Assembly (NCBI GenBank): GCA_030390025.1
Contig: CM059431.1
Location: 133,054,001-133,118,000, forward strand
DNA from: Squalus acanthias
Lineage: Eukaryota
Direction of reading: 5' to 3'
Length of the DNA: 64,000 bases
The translations under genes and the position numbers were made by a program. Under the pieces are notes generated by a model. That model had not been told where the DNA came from. It made no database searches and saw nothing but the letters and a program-made list of their open reading frames with translations. Shown in pieces: positions 1 through 12,739 of the stretch. Position 1 is the first letter of the stretch. Each line of letters begins with the position of its first letter.

Positions 1-960
1 TTCGTTTACTAACTGAAAGAGAGTGGTGTAGAGGTGTTTATGGAAGAGTGTATTCATTAAGCAGCACTTAGGCATGAACTTGTCCTCTTTTGCCAAACTG
101 AATTTAGGCTAGATCATCTACTGCTGCTTTTAGTTTGTCCTGAGAGGGATATTGTGCCAGCACGTACAGACACACCGGATTCACCAAGATTGGCCACCAG
201 GAAGGCCTTGTATATAATTGTTGTGAACCAGCTGTGCAAGCACCCCTCTAAGGCTAATTTAAGAGCAAGTACAGAACGAGATCAAAGGTTGAGTCTATTA
301 ATCATCCATCGTGCTTTTGGTTTAGCAAGACAGATTGGTCCATTATTTTTTATTTAGTAACTGTTTTTCATTTTTTTAATATTTTAAGCTTTCAAAATTC
401 ATTTTTCATTTAAAAAAAAAATGCTATTTATTCTTTCCCCTCATAATGCCTGTCTATGAATCTAAAAGAACTTTACAAGAGCATTTTGACATTGGCGGAG
501 TATTCCCAATTGAGTTTGAGTGCCCTTATCAGAAATTTGAGGATCCTCCTGAATCAGATTGCATGATTTAAGTTGGGTGTGGTTTCATATCAGTATGTTT
601 GTGCTGTGCTGCTTTAGCTCCTACTTTAATATCTTTTTGTTTATAAGCCATCTCAACATAAAATTGTTCAGAGTAATGAAATGAACAATTATATACTGTC
701 AATTCAGATTTTTCCTCCTAAACTTACAGATGTTCTGAAATTAAAATGTATTGCATGAATTATATGAATTAATTTCTTCAATTTTGAGGGGCGAGTGAAA
801 ACTCCTTGCTTTAAATGCAAGTTTAATTGTTTAAAACCCTCTTACAGAAATGTACTAGAATAAAGTTAGACTCACAAGTCCACACCTCTTGGTCTCGCAA
901 ACCAAGTCCCATCTTCTCTAATGAATGAAATTATTGTTATAGAAATTTATAGACAGAACA

Positions 961-1385
961 GCTGCCCTGATGGCTCACTTGGGAAAGGCTGTGCCCAGTG
1001 TGAAATTGAGCCTTGCAGACTAGGGAGGCTGTAGGCCCCTGGTCTGTGCTGTGTTAGTTGATCTCAGCAGAACAACAGTTGGAGTTGTACAATTGGCCTC
1101 ATTGCCCTGCATTAGGTGGAGATAAAATCAGCCAGCATTTCTAATTCTGAGAGTGATCCCTCTTAAAAAATACATATCTGTGGATGTGAGATGAGGACAG
1201 ATTGAGTTTGGCTGTGATACTCCCATGGTCAAATAATCTGGTGACACTTTGTCTGGATTCACACATGAAGACTTGTCATTTGGGGGAGGTACAAAAGGGC
1301 ACCTGGTGCCTGTGGAACCATGTCTCAGCAGGAACCATTACCTTCAGTCGAAGAAGGGAGAAAATTAGATGGAAAGAAAAAGGAA
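961..1385 (+). mobile_element. Old, diverged SINE-like interspersed repeat (family not named)
   Basis: A-box-like TGGCTCACTTGG at the 5' end. Alignable by eye to reverse-strand copies at ~59080-59315 (TTAG(C/T)TGATCT, AA(A/T)TCAGCCA) and ~44535-44665 (GTG/ATGGAACCAT..CCTTCAG). Confidence 0.5.
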
Positions 1386-3131
1386 ATTATTGGTGAGGAA
1401 TGCCATTTAGCCTATTTTAACTCATCCATCCAAAAATACACTACAGTCCCTCCCAGTGTTTAAGTGGAATTTGTTAAGAAGAGGTAATTCCCCTCCTCCC
1501 AATTGTTTGTGTAACTTTGATTCCACCCCTGCAATGATTGACACTGACCACAACTTTCAACCCTGCAACCTTTGGACAAGGCGAGCAGCTGCAGCAGGAC
1601 GAGCAGTGAGGGAGATCAGTGGCAGCAGCAAGGCTGATTGGGGGGGGATATCAAGGCCAGTTTCAGGCACTCATCAGCATTGTAGTAACTCCAACAAATC
1701 CATCCAGTATACAGTCCTTCCTGTCAAAATAAATACTCCCTTTAATAAAATAAGGCTGTCCCTGAAATATTATAGCCGATCTTAAGATCAAACCTGGCCT
1801 TCAGTCTAAGCCAACCCTAGTCCTGAGGTCAACCTTAACCATCGGCCCAATTTTAACCTGACCCAGGAGCAGCTTTATTTTGGCCAACAGAAGCAGCAAC
1901 AAAATAGGAGGATTCAACGGCATAGTCAATGGCACAGGCAAAATGTTGAAACGATAAACTTCCCAGCACTAGTAATGGTGCAGGTGTCAGTAAGTCAGAA
2001 GACCAAGAATGAAGCTGGCACTCATAGCAATATATAAGAATCCAGATGCTTCAAATTAAATTGTGACCATAGGACAATGGGCACAAGTTCAAACCAGCAT
2101 AACGTAAATTCAGAACAAAAAAAGTGACCAAGATATGAAATGAATCTCCAGTTCGACCAGTGGGGTGAGAATCCTGCAGTTATTTAAGCAATAGCTGGAT
2201 GCTACGATGGGGGACTACATAGGATTACATAGGCTATACGGTACAGAAAAAGGCCATTCGGCCCAACCAGTCCATGCCGGCGTTTATGCTCCACTTGAGC
2301 CTTCTCCCATCTTTCCTCATCTAACTCTATCAGCATAACCCTCTATTCCCTGCTCCCTCATATGCTTATCTAGCCTCCCCTTAAATGCATCTATACTATT
2401 CGCTTCAAACACTCCCTGAGGTAGCGAGTTCCACATTCTCACCACACTCTGGGAAAAGAAGTTTCTTCTAAATTCCCTATTTGATTTCTTGGTGACTATC
2501 TTATATTGATGGCCTCTAGTTATGCTCTTCCCCACAAGTGGAAATACTCTCTTAGTATCCACTCTATCAAAACCTTTCATAATTTTAAAGACCTCAATGA
2601 GGTCACCCCTCAGCCTTCTTTTATCAAGTGAAAAGAGACCCAGCCTGTTCATCCTTTCCTGATAGATATACCCTCGCATTTCTGGTATCATCTTTGTAAA
2701 TTTTCTCTGCACCCTCTCCAGTGCCTCTATATCCTTTTTATAATATGGTGACCAGAATTGTACGCAGTACTCCAAGTGTGGTCTAACCAAGGTTCGATAC
2801 AAGTTTAGCATAACTTCACTACTTTTCAATTCTATCCCTCTAGAAATAAACCCTAGTGCCTGGTTTGCTTTTTTTATGGCCTTGTGAACCTGTGTCGCTA
2901 CTTTTAGTGATTTGTGTATTTGTACACCAAGATCCCTTTGCTCCTCTACCCCACCCAGACTCGCACCCTCCAAGTAATAAGTGACCTTCCTATTCTTCCT
3001 ACCAAAATGTAATACCTCACATTTATCTGTGTTGAATTTCATTTGCCAATTATATGCCCATTCTACAAGTTTATTAATGTCATCCTGTAATTTGTTGCAG
3101 TCCTCCTCAGTATTGACTATCCCCCCCAATT

Positions 3132-3597
3132 GTGTCAGCTGTGGCTCAGTGGGTAGCACACTTGCCTCTGAGTCAGAAGGTTGTGGGTTCAAGTCCCACT
3201 CCAGGGATTTGAGCACATAAAGCTAGGCTGACACTCCATTGCAGTGCTGAGGGAGTGCTGCACTGTCAGAGGTGCCGTCTTTTGGATGAGACATTAAACT
3301 GAGGCCCTCTCACGTGGATGTAAAAGATCCCATGGCACTATTTCGAAGAAGAGCAGGGGAGTTATCCCCAGTGTCCTGGCCAATATTTATCCCTCAATCA
3401 AAATAACAAAAACAGCTTATCTGGTCATTATCTCATTGCTGTTTGTGGGAGCTTGCTGTACGCAAATTGGCTGCTGCGTTTCCCACATTACAACAGTGAC
3501 TACACTCCAAAAATAAAGTACTTTATTGGCTGTAAAGCGCTTTGAGACGTCCAGGTGGTCGTGAAAGGCGCTATATAAATGTAAGTCTTTTTCTTTT
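3132..3597 (+). mobile_element. tRNA-derived Deu-domain SINE (SacSINE1-like)
   Basis: A box TGGCTCAGTGGG, B box GGTTCAAGTCC, Deu-domain core TAAAAGATCCCATGGCACTATTTCGAAGAAGAGCAGGGG, L2-like tail GGCGCTATATAAATGTAAGTC. TSD CCAATT at 3126-3131 and 3598-3603. Confidence 0.9.
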
Positions 3598-4133
3598 CCA
3601 ATTTGGTGTCATCCACAAATTTAGAAATTGTGTTTTTGATTCCAAAGTCTAAATTATTAATATAAATTGTGAACAACAGTGGTCCCAGCACTGATCCTTG
3701 TGGAACACCACTACCCACCTTCTGCCACCCTGAATAGCTACTTTTTACCCCTACTCTCTGCTTCCTATCTTGAAGCCAACTAGCTATTCATTCTGCTACT
3801 TGTCCCCTGACTCCACATTCTCTGACCTTATTCAGTAGTCAATTATGTGGTGCCTTATCAAAGCCCTTTTGAAATTCTAGATAAATTACATCTACCGCAT
3901 TGCCCTTGTCTATTCTCTCTGTTACCTCTTCAAAAAATTCAATGAGGTTGATCAAGCAAGACTTTCCCTTTTGAAATCCATGCTGACTATTCATTATTAT
4001 ATTTTTGGCTTCTAGGTTTTCTTCTATTTTCTCCTTTAGTAGGGATTCCATTATTTTTCCTATCACCGATGTTAAGCTGACTGGTCTTTAGTTCCCTGGA
4101 CATGTTCTATCTCCCTTCTTAAATATAGGTATT

Positions 4134-4833
4134 GAGCTGTATATTCCAATCCCTACGGGTATGCCAAGAGCATGCGCTGAAAACCGGCATTTCCGATCTG
4201 TCAAGAATGCTCGACAGATCGGTCGCCTGCCCTAGAGAAGGGCCTCTGCGGGCGGATAGTTCCACTCTGTGGAGAACCTCCGCCCGCAGATAACCCTTAG
4301 AAATCTTATGCCTGGTAAAAGCAGGCGTAAGGCTTGCTTTTACCAGCATAAGATTTGAAAAAAAATTTAAAATATTTTTTCCACTCATTTATCATTTAAA
4401 AATACTTTTAAAAAGGTAAGTTTATTTTTAGCCCTGTAAAAAACTTTAATTATTTTTTTCAAAAAATTAAATTTTTGTTTAAAATAGTTAATTTATTGTC
4501 ATTTCAACTAATTTTAAAAATGTGTTTTTTTTAATTTTATTTAATGTTTTACAGTGTTTTTGGGGTGATCTCCATTCATATATTTGACAGGTCTATCTGT
4601 CAAGTGAATGAAGGGAGATTCCCTTCTTTGATTGGCTCCCCATGGCCCACGTGATCCCAGGGACGCTTGCGAACCGCATGCGCCCCTGGGATACGTAGGC
4701 CCTGCACATTTAGAGTTGGAGAGGCCCAGGAATGGAAGTGTCTGGACCTCGGGAGCCCTCGGGTAAGTCCGTAGATTTTTTCCAGATCGGAGGCCTCCGC
4801 ACGCGGAAAGCCTCCGATCAGAAAATACGGCCC
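4134..4833 (+). mobile_element. PIF/Harbinger-type MITE, family A
   Basis: Imperfect TIRs GAGCTGTATATTC / GAAAATACGGCCC and 3-bp TSD ATT (4131-4133, 4834-4836). Cleanly interrupts the CR1. Homologous to 32376-33108 and 33253-33996. Confidence 0.85.
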
Positions 4834-5301
4834 ATTTTGTTAGCTATCTGCCAGTCCTCTGGCACTACACCTTTTTCTAATGAATTATTAACTATGTGTT
4901 TTTTTTTTGAACGGATGAGCTAGGTTAGGCTGAATGACCTTCTTCATCTATATTGGTTGGAGGTGCTTGTGAACAATAAATAAAATGCATGGTAAATAGA
5001 GAATTGCTTTGCTTCTGAGCTGTCTCTCTTCACTCTCCATTTCATGCAATTTTAACATTGTTGGGGTATCGGATATTCTCCTGACATAAGGTAAGATCCA
5101 TAACCAGAACGGTGAAAGCAACTTTGTATCAGCTGTGTAAATAAAATCTTGGGCATCCACAGTTTTTCCATTCTTGCTCAACACTCCCTGTGAGCAAAGT
5201 GAATTTCACACAAGCAGGAACCATATTGTTGAACCTTTTCCATTGGACTGGTTTTGCTTCCAGCCTTTGGAGACAATATAAATGGGTGATATAAACCTAT
5301 A

Positions 5302-6024
5302 GGGGCTGAATTTGCGGTCGGAGGCTTCCCGCGGACAAACTTACCTGATGGTCCTGGAGGTTCGGACACTTGTGCTCCTGGGTCTCTATGCGTAGACATG
5401 CGTATCCCAGGAGTGCAGGCGGTTCGCAAGCACCCCTGGGATCACGTGGGCTGGCCCAACCAATCAAAGAAGTGCAATCCTCATTCATACTTATGGAGGT
5501 TCCGTTTCTACGGAATCTCCATAAGCATGAATGGGGATGACGTTAAAAATAGATTGAACATAACAAATAACTAAAAAAAATTACATATTTAAAATTAATT
5601 AAAATACAATATAATTAAACATTTAAAATAAAAAAAAATTGAAAAATAAATTTGCATGTTTTAAATGGTCTAAAAATAAACTTACCTTATTGTACATGTG
5701 CTTTAATGTTTAAATGAATAAAAAAATATATTTTTATGTTTTTTAAAACTCTTACGCTGATAGAAGCAGACCTTACGCTTGCTTTTACCAGGCGTAAGAA
5801 TTTCACGGGCATTCGCTGGGCAGAAGTTGGGCAAATAGCCCAACTCTCCTCCCGCGGAGGCCCTTTTCCCAGGGATGCGGATCATCTGTCAAGAAGATTT
5901 TTGACAGATCATAAGTTTCGGGTTTTAGCACATGCGCTTCGCATGCCTAAACCCGGAACTTGCGCGGCCCCTACGGACGCGTATACACCTCGTACGCAAC
6001 CATAGGGCTCGCAAATTATGGCCC
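5302..6024 (-). mobile_element. PIF/Harbinger-type MITE, family A (reverse orientation)
   Basis: TIRs GGGGCTGAATTTGCG / CGCAAATTATGGCCC. Same internal blocks as family A, reversed (GGGATCACGTGGG, AAATAAACTTACCT, TCTGTCAAGA..TTGACAGA). Confidence 0.8.
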
Positions 6025-9000
6025 AAAATGTGATTTAAAATCTGTAATGAACTATGGGTAAGACATCTAAAATTATGGTCTTGATATCACACTACTTAAC
6101 ATAGATGAAATTGTTCCAACAATGTGTAACAATGTTTTCACCTATGCCAAGAAGCTTGGGTCATAGACCTGGCTAGGTAAACACTGTTTTATCATGTACC
6201 TCTTGTTATAATGTAAGTTTTAGCAAATAATACATTATTTAAAAAATCTTTAAACTACATCCATTTTTGTATGTTACTTTTTCTCCTTTTTTAAAGAATA
6301 TATTTTTTAGTTAGGTAGCAAGTGTACGGAACTGATAGTAGCAGGATCGAGGTAAGGTAATGTAGGGCACACAACATCACATGATATAAGCTCTGGCAAT
6401 ATCAGGTTTCTTTTGGCCGCATTTTAACAGTTTATAAATGATGTAGTAGCTCTTTATCCCCTACGACCGTAGGCAACATTACAGGACTGACAAGTATAGC
6501 TGTCATTTACTACTATTACAAGACAATGGGTTCCTCCAAGAGTTTCTTGAAATACATATTTAACTCCTTATTGTTAAATTCACATTTGCCTCACTAGCAT
6601 GAAGAGGTTAGTAATGCTACCTAATACAGCTCCAACTCAGAAAAACATTATTCTATCCTGCTTAAAGAATTTTATTATTTCTAAGGGAGATATAAAAGAA
6701 AAACTATGAAGTATGGAAATGTGAAAAAACAAAACATCTGGATATACAAAGATAGGGTAACTTTCTGATGAAGGATCATATCGGAAACATTTCTTTCTCT
6801 TTTCAGATCCTGATCAACCAGCTCTGCATTTTTTAGTTTTATTATTACTAATGTCATTTATGTATATTTAAGTTGGATAAGATAATTTTCTGAGATATTA
6901 CCTAATTCACATCATTAATAACCATCTCTTAGCCTGGAACTTGAAGTCTAGTTCAAACAGTCTGTTTTATCAAATAAAGTGTATTAATGAAAAATCTGTC
7001 AAAATGACTTAACTTGTCTCACAGCTAAAGAAAGCAATTGGACACTATAGCCTAGAAACTACAGTTTGCAATATTAGTGGACAAATAGTCCTTTGTCTGC
7101 TATTGTAGTGGAAGCGGTAACCCATTTAAAATAAACAGGTTAGCACCTGCATTAAGATAGTGGATAGAAGAATGGCATATGAGCACGTTAAGCATTTATA
7201 TACTAATATTGCAAATAATTATTTCTTGCCATATAGAATTTTGTTATTCACAATTGATTAGTTTTACAATAGAACCAGTGAAAATAAAATAGGTTGTCTC
7301 CAAAAATGTCTTCATTTTTACAACTCCTTTTGATGTCATTAATATTAATTATATTAAAGGGTTAACCATTGCTTACATTGACTAGGAGCATGTGTAATGT
7401 TAACACAAAATAATACTTCTTTCCATTAAAACTAAACTACAAATTGGACACCTTGCAATGTTAGTCTTTAATTCCTTTTTACACATTGTATTATTCTATT
7501 CACAACAGGCTGATAAAGGATTACAATGAAAATTCAAGCCTGACATATGGTCACTTGATGTTTATCAATTTTAGCTAAAGTGAGTGTAACATTTCTATTG
7601 GGGATCACTTCAGTCCGATCGTTGTAGACAGCAGTTTGTCTAATCAGATTGCAAATTAAGTTTGATCACATTCCAGCTTAATCCACTCTCAGTGCCCCAT
7701 TTACACCACTAAATCAAACACTGGGAAACTGCAGGTGCTGCTTTGCAGTCATTACACCCAAGGGGCAAAGGCTTTGTAATAAATAGCAAATAAATTGAAG
7801 TGCTGGGAAAGAAATCATCTGACTTGCAAGCTACAGGGCATTTCTAATTATCCTACAGTTTAGCTGGAATTCGTCATTGCCTCGACTCAGCAGAGTATTT
7901 TTTTAACAGCTGCTGAATGAGGCTGATGCTTTGCTTGTTTGAATTAATTGAGGTACTGAGAAACGCTTGTTGTACTGGTGCACTGCCTCCTCCTCTCAAT
8001 CCCCCCCCGCATAACCCACCGGCAGCCTGTTGCAAAAGTATCAGATGTACATAGCACTTGATGTTTCAGCTGTTTTCCTAAGCATTCTCCAGAGGAAATC
8101 ACAAATAACTGTCAACATCATGGCTCATTTATTTCAATTATAGTTAAGAGAGCTTCAAGAGCTGACAGCACAGCCAAGACTATGTTATGAATACTCATAT
8201 ACTAGGGTGCCTATGTGGGCACAAAGCATGATTTTCTATTAGTCTATATTTGGTGCCGTTTTATATTGTTGATTCTTTTTTCTTTCTATGTAACATTAAA
8301 TGACATCAATATCAAGGGATATATTTTATGCAAGTATATTGGTTCTGAAATATGGTTACATTTTCAAAATATAACGTGCAACAACATTTCAGTAATTGAA
8401 TTGAACTGCAAAATAGAATTTCTCCATCCAAAAAATGTCATAGTAAATGCTTTTTATGGATAGGGTAATGGTGCCATATCCTGTCAAGTAGCACCAATAT
8501 CGCTTCTCATAAGCTGCTTCTATATTGCTCTAGTGCCCTGCTGGTGTCATTGGCTTCTAACAAACAGGTCTCACACAACCACTAGCATCACCAAAATAAA
8601 CATGCCAAATTCATTAACTCTAGCGGCCAGGAAGACTAGTGTTTTTTATTGGGCGTACTCGCCACTGACCTTAGTGAATTTGACAAGTTTACTTTGGTGT
8701 TGCTGTTGGCTGCTTGAGACTTGTGTGATGGGAGCCAATAACTTTAGCATGACAGGGGGGTCCTCACCCCTAGCACCAACCCGCTTGCCTTCCCATCCCA
8801 GAGTGTACCATTTCCGGAGTTGCTGGGGATGGGAACACTGTGCTGACGAGACAGTCTACACCCTTGGTGTCGACCTATTTTCTTCTTCCACTAGACTGAG
8901 CTGCTGGCCATTCTCTACTTTGCCAGTTTTTTATGCTTCCCATTCTACTTATGATCCTGTTTAGTTCTTGTCACACTTGCAGCATCTCATGCTGGTCGAT

Positions 9001-9123
9001 TATTTCTTTGATTTCTCTCATTATGCCCTCTTTTTTCTCCTGTAATTTAACCATTTCTTGCTCTCCACCTTTGTACTTTACACTTCATTCTATTTCTGTT
9101 CCTCTGTGTATGGTCACTGTGTG

Positions 9124-9395
9124 TAGAATCATAGAATCTTACAGCACAGAAGGAGGCCATTTGGCCCATCTCACCTGTGCAGGCTCTTTAAAAGGGCTGT
9201 CCAATTTAGTCCTCTTCAGGTACATGTTATATTGCCTTTTAAAAGTTCCAATGTAATCTGATTCAACCACCCTTTCAGATACTGTGTTCCAGATCTTAAC
9301 AACCCTCTATGAAAAAAATTCTCCTCATTTCCTCTCTAGTTCTTTTGACAATTATTTTATATCTATGACCTCTGGTTACCGACCCACTTACCCAT
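9124..9395 (-). mobile_element. CR1 LINE 3' fragment
   Basis: TAGAATCATAGAATC tail and GAAGGAGGCCATTTGGCCC terminal motif; similar to 57331-57808. Confidence 0.75.
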
Positions 9396-9399
9396 TTGT

Positions 9400-9605
9400 A
9401 TTTTTCTCCCCTTCACCTTTCCCTTGTTCTGTTCCTTTTTAAGTGCTGTTCATCTGTAATATCTTTCAGTTCTGAGGGAAGGTTTATACCTGAAACATCA
9501 ACTGACTTGTTTTCTCTTGACAGATGCTGCCTGACCTGCTGAATGTCTTCAGTGTTTTCTGTTTTTGTTTCAGATTTTCAGCATCTGCAGTATTTTGCTT
9601 TATGT
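9400..9605 (+). mobile_element. Penelope-like element terminal repeat fragment
   Basis: CCTGAAACATCAAC..CAGATGCTGCCTGACCTGCTGA..TTTCAGATTTTCAGCATCTGCAG, shared with 45335-45716 and 34080-34525. Hammerhead core is mutated (CTGAGGG). Confidence 0.7.
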
Positions 9606-9719
9606 TCAGCTTGGGTCAAAGAGGTGCTTTTTAAGGAGGATTTTAAAAGAGGACAAGGAGGTGGAGAGGTTTAGGGAGTGTATTCCAGAGAGTGGGATTT
9701 AGACAGCTGAAGGCATGGC

Positions 9720-10291
9720 TGTCATTGTTCTTCATGCACATGCTGCTCCTCAGCAACATCATATACAGACCAGAGGTCAGCTTCTACTTGTACACCAATG
9801 ACCACCTCTCTTGGTGGCTGAACTGCCTCTGTGCTGTCAAAGTGTGTGTCCAACGTCCAGTCCTGCAAATCCATTGGAAAGACTGAAACTATCAGCTTCA
9901 GTGCCTACCACAGACTCCACTTTCTTGCCACTCTCCTCCCCAGCCACTCTCTCACGTTGAAACAGACTATTCATAACCTCGGTGCCCTGCTCAACCCTGA
10001 GCTGAGCCTCAGGCCCCATATCCTCTCCATCACAAAGACAGCTTACCATCCCCTCTACAACAGTGCCCACCTCCACCCCTGCCTTGGCCCATCCATCACT
10101 GAAACACTTATGCTTGCCTTTGTCATCTTCAGATTTGACTATTCCAAGGCTATCCCTGCTAGCTTCCCATCCTCCGTAAACTCCAACTTGTCAAAAACTC
10201 TGCTGCATGTAGCCTGTCCCGCACTAAGTGCTGCTTCCCCAACAGTTGTTTTTTATGTTAAAGACACCATATAAATGCAAGTTGTTGTTGT
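9720..10291 (+). mobile_element. L2 LINE 3' fragment, decayed
   Basis: Peptide remnants IGKTETI, NLGALLNPELS, ETLMLAFVIFRFDYS; tail ATATAAATGCAAGTTGTTGTTG. Confidence 0.75.
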
Positions 10292-10770
10292 ATACCACTT
10301 TGTCTTGCTACCTCAGCCTTCAAAAGCCTCCTAAAAATATGTCTCTTCAAACATGCCTTGAGTTACCTGCACCCAAATTCCCACACGTCCAGCTAGGCAC
10401 GTGTTTCTCCTTTTAAGATTAAAGATGTTCTTTTATGTGAGGATTGCTATACATATTTTTTTGTTGCTTTTGTTTCAGCTGAGCATGTTACACCTCGCCA
10501 CATGCAAACTGGCTGTTCCATTAGCCTAAATAACAACAATGATTGCATTTCAAAAGTAGTTTATTGGTTCTGAGTACTTCACGATGTCCTGAGGACTACT
10601 TTCTCACTTTTCAAATTTAATATTACAACACTGTTGTGTCTTAGTAAGGTTAAAGTGCACATGGGTCCAGTGCTTATTGTTGATGACAGATGTGTAATCA
10701 GCTGGTATTACAGTTAACCTGTGTTCAGCTCAACACACCAGAAGTGTGATACATTTGTCCAGATCTATGT

Positions 10771-11338
10771 GCACCTGAATTTCTTGTCTAAGGCCATTAA
10801 CAGAACTGTGGGAACCCCCCCCCTCCCCCTCACTGGTGCTGGTCCGCCTCCTGGCTGGGCTTAGTGCTAGACAGGACAGGAAACCACAGCACAGCTGGAG
10901 ATCTGAGAGCCCTTCTAGCTCCTGCTGGAGAACAGCAGCCAGAAATCAATCTTTGCCTGCAAAACAAACCTTACCTTTGCTACCAGGTCCCTTTAACATC
11001 CCCCCCCCCCCCCCCCCCACATCCCCAATCTGCACAGGTCATCAGTGCAAAGCCCAACAGCCTTGTCTTTGTGTGGACCTAAAGATGGCCACCCAATCAA
11101 TGAGAAGAGGAAATTCAGGCTGTAGGGGCAGAAAAACCTCCATCCACATCATTAGCATGACATCATTGGGCCTGTACCAAATGCAGGCATAGGCTCTGCT
11201 CCATCCCCTTCAGGAAAGCCCAGAATTCCTGGGGCAACATAAAAGAGGCAAAGACCTGAGGAAATGGGTCCTGACCTTTGCACCTGGAGAATGGACTTGC
11301 CTGGGTGGGAGGGGGCAGAGATCAGGAAAATCAGCCCC
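10771..11338. mobile_element. Degenerate Harbinger-type MITE
   Basis: Right end GAAAATCAGCCCC resembles the TIRs of the other MITEs and the interior is C-run rich. Left end is poorly defined. Confidence 0.4.
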
Positions 11339-11371
11339 ACACTGTTGCAATTTTAACTAAGAAAATATATT

Positions 11372-12101
11372 GGCCCAGAAATTGATCTCGCTCTGTTCCC
11401 GCGGGGGTAAGGGGTAATCTCTCACTCCGCGTTGGCTTTTTCAGATCCAGCTCGCACGAACTTGATGTTCCAGACATCAGCTGGGCAGTGCTTGCGTATC
11501 CCACCGGCGTAGTGAATTCGTGCGAGCTGTGGGATCACGTGACTCAGTTAGAGCCAATGGCAGCACACCATCTTCCATTCATAAGTTTCACATACCTGCT
11601 GTGAAAGCTATGAATCTTACACCCCCCCAAAATAACAGCTAAACCTCAATTAAATTTAAAAAAAAAACCATCACATTAATAAAATAAGTATAGTTAAATA
11701 AATTAACCATTTTAAATAAAAAATTAAATTTTTGAAAAAATTAAAAATCTTTTAAAAAGTTATAAAAATAAACTTACCTGTCTTTAAAGTCTCTAAAAAA
11801 GATATACCTGTTAAAAAAAATTCAAAAAAATACTTAATTCACTACTTACCTTGTTAAAAGTGGGTCTTACTCCTCCTTTTTCCATTTCTAAAATCTTCCG
11901 TCCTTACCTGCGCGTCCAAAGCACGAAGTGCACAGCGTGCGCGCGCACACACGCGATGCACCGAGGAACCGCCCCCTTTTCCAAAGACCAAGTGCCGGTT
12001 TTCAGCGCATGCGCAGGGCATGCAGAAAACCGGCAATTGGAGAGAGAATACGCGAGAGTACGCAGTGCGTACTCTCGCGCAGCGGGATCAATTTTTGGCC
12101 C
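11372..12101 (-). mobile_element. PIF/Harbinger-type MITE related to family A
   Basis: 21-bp TIRs GGCCCAGAAATTGATCTCGCT / AGCGGGATCAATTTTTGGCCC (3 mismatches), flanks ATT/AAT. Contains GGGATCACGTGAC, AAATAAACTTACCT and GCGCATGCGC blocks. Confidence 0.8.
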
Positions 12102-12104
12102 AAT

Positions 12105-12226
12105 GAAAAGAAAAAGAAAGACTTGCATTTTTATAGCACCTTTCACGACCTTAGGACGTCCCAAAGCGCTTTATAGCCAATGAAGTACTTTTGAAGTGTA
12201 GTCACTGTTGTAATGTAGGAAACACG
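12105..12226 (-). mobile_element. DeuSINE 3' tail fragment
   Basis: Reverse complement of the 3' end of the 3132-3597 SINE (GACTTGCATTTTTATAGCACCTTTCACGAC..GTAGTCACTGTTGTAATGT). Confidence 0.85.
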
Positions 12227-12739
12227 AAGTTTATATTCACCATACCAGGTGATACAAGTTGTAAATGTCAGGGCACTGAAATTTTGAACTCCCACCGTGA
12301 CTCCAGCGGGAGTCCGACGGAACCCCAGGGAGAAAGCGCAAGGGGCTGAAAATAGCCGTTTACGTCGTTTTCAGTGGGTGTTCCGCCAATCTCCCCCCAG
12401 ATTTACAGCACAAAACCAGTCGAACCAATGACAGTTCCAGCACCCAGCAGTTTAAATATTTAAAACCGAGAGGCTGAGCAGAATATCAAAGGTTTCGAGA
12501 CTGGGAATCGGAGCTCCTGCTGAGCCAGTTGACTAAAGAACTGAGATCAGTGGAGTTAATTGATCAGCTGACCTACCAGTAAAATGCACAAGGTGTGAAA
12601 TGCTGGGTGAGAAAGCGGGTGTTAAGTGCCACAATTAGATAATGATCACCAGGAAATGCTCTTAAACAGTTTACAATGACCATTGTTTTAAACAAAATAT
12701 ACTATTATATAGTCTGTGTTTATATTGTGAACTCTGGGA

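Larger units (their letters stand above)
2216..4895 (-). mobile_element. CR1 LINE, 5'-truncated ORF2 (RT and C-terminus) with 3' UTR, interrupted by a SINE and a MITE
   Basis: Minus-strand peptides [72 protein letters not shown]. Short-repeat tail (TACATAGG)x2 at ~2216. Pieces: 2216-3131, 3598-4133, 4834-4895. Confidence 0.93.

Noticed and set aside
446..571. 41-codon ORF MPVYESKR..DCMI
   Set aside because: Short, no recognisable homology or supporting signals; compatible with chance.
3132..3205. tRNA genes at SINE heads (also 38755, 49053, 51993)
   Set aside because: A/B boxes continue directly into SINE or LINE bodies; these are tRNA-derived promoters, not tRNA genes.
2317..3216. 299-aa ORF as an intact gene
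   Set aside because: Chimeric reading frame: the first ~28 codons are antisense SINE and the rest is the CR1 ORF2 C-terminus without the RT core.
4948..5190. Minus-strand open frame after a TTGCTCACAG acceptor-like site
   Set aside because: No matching donor or recognisable protein; insufficient support.
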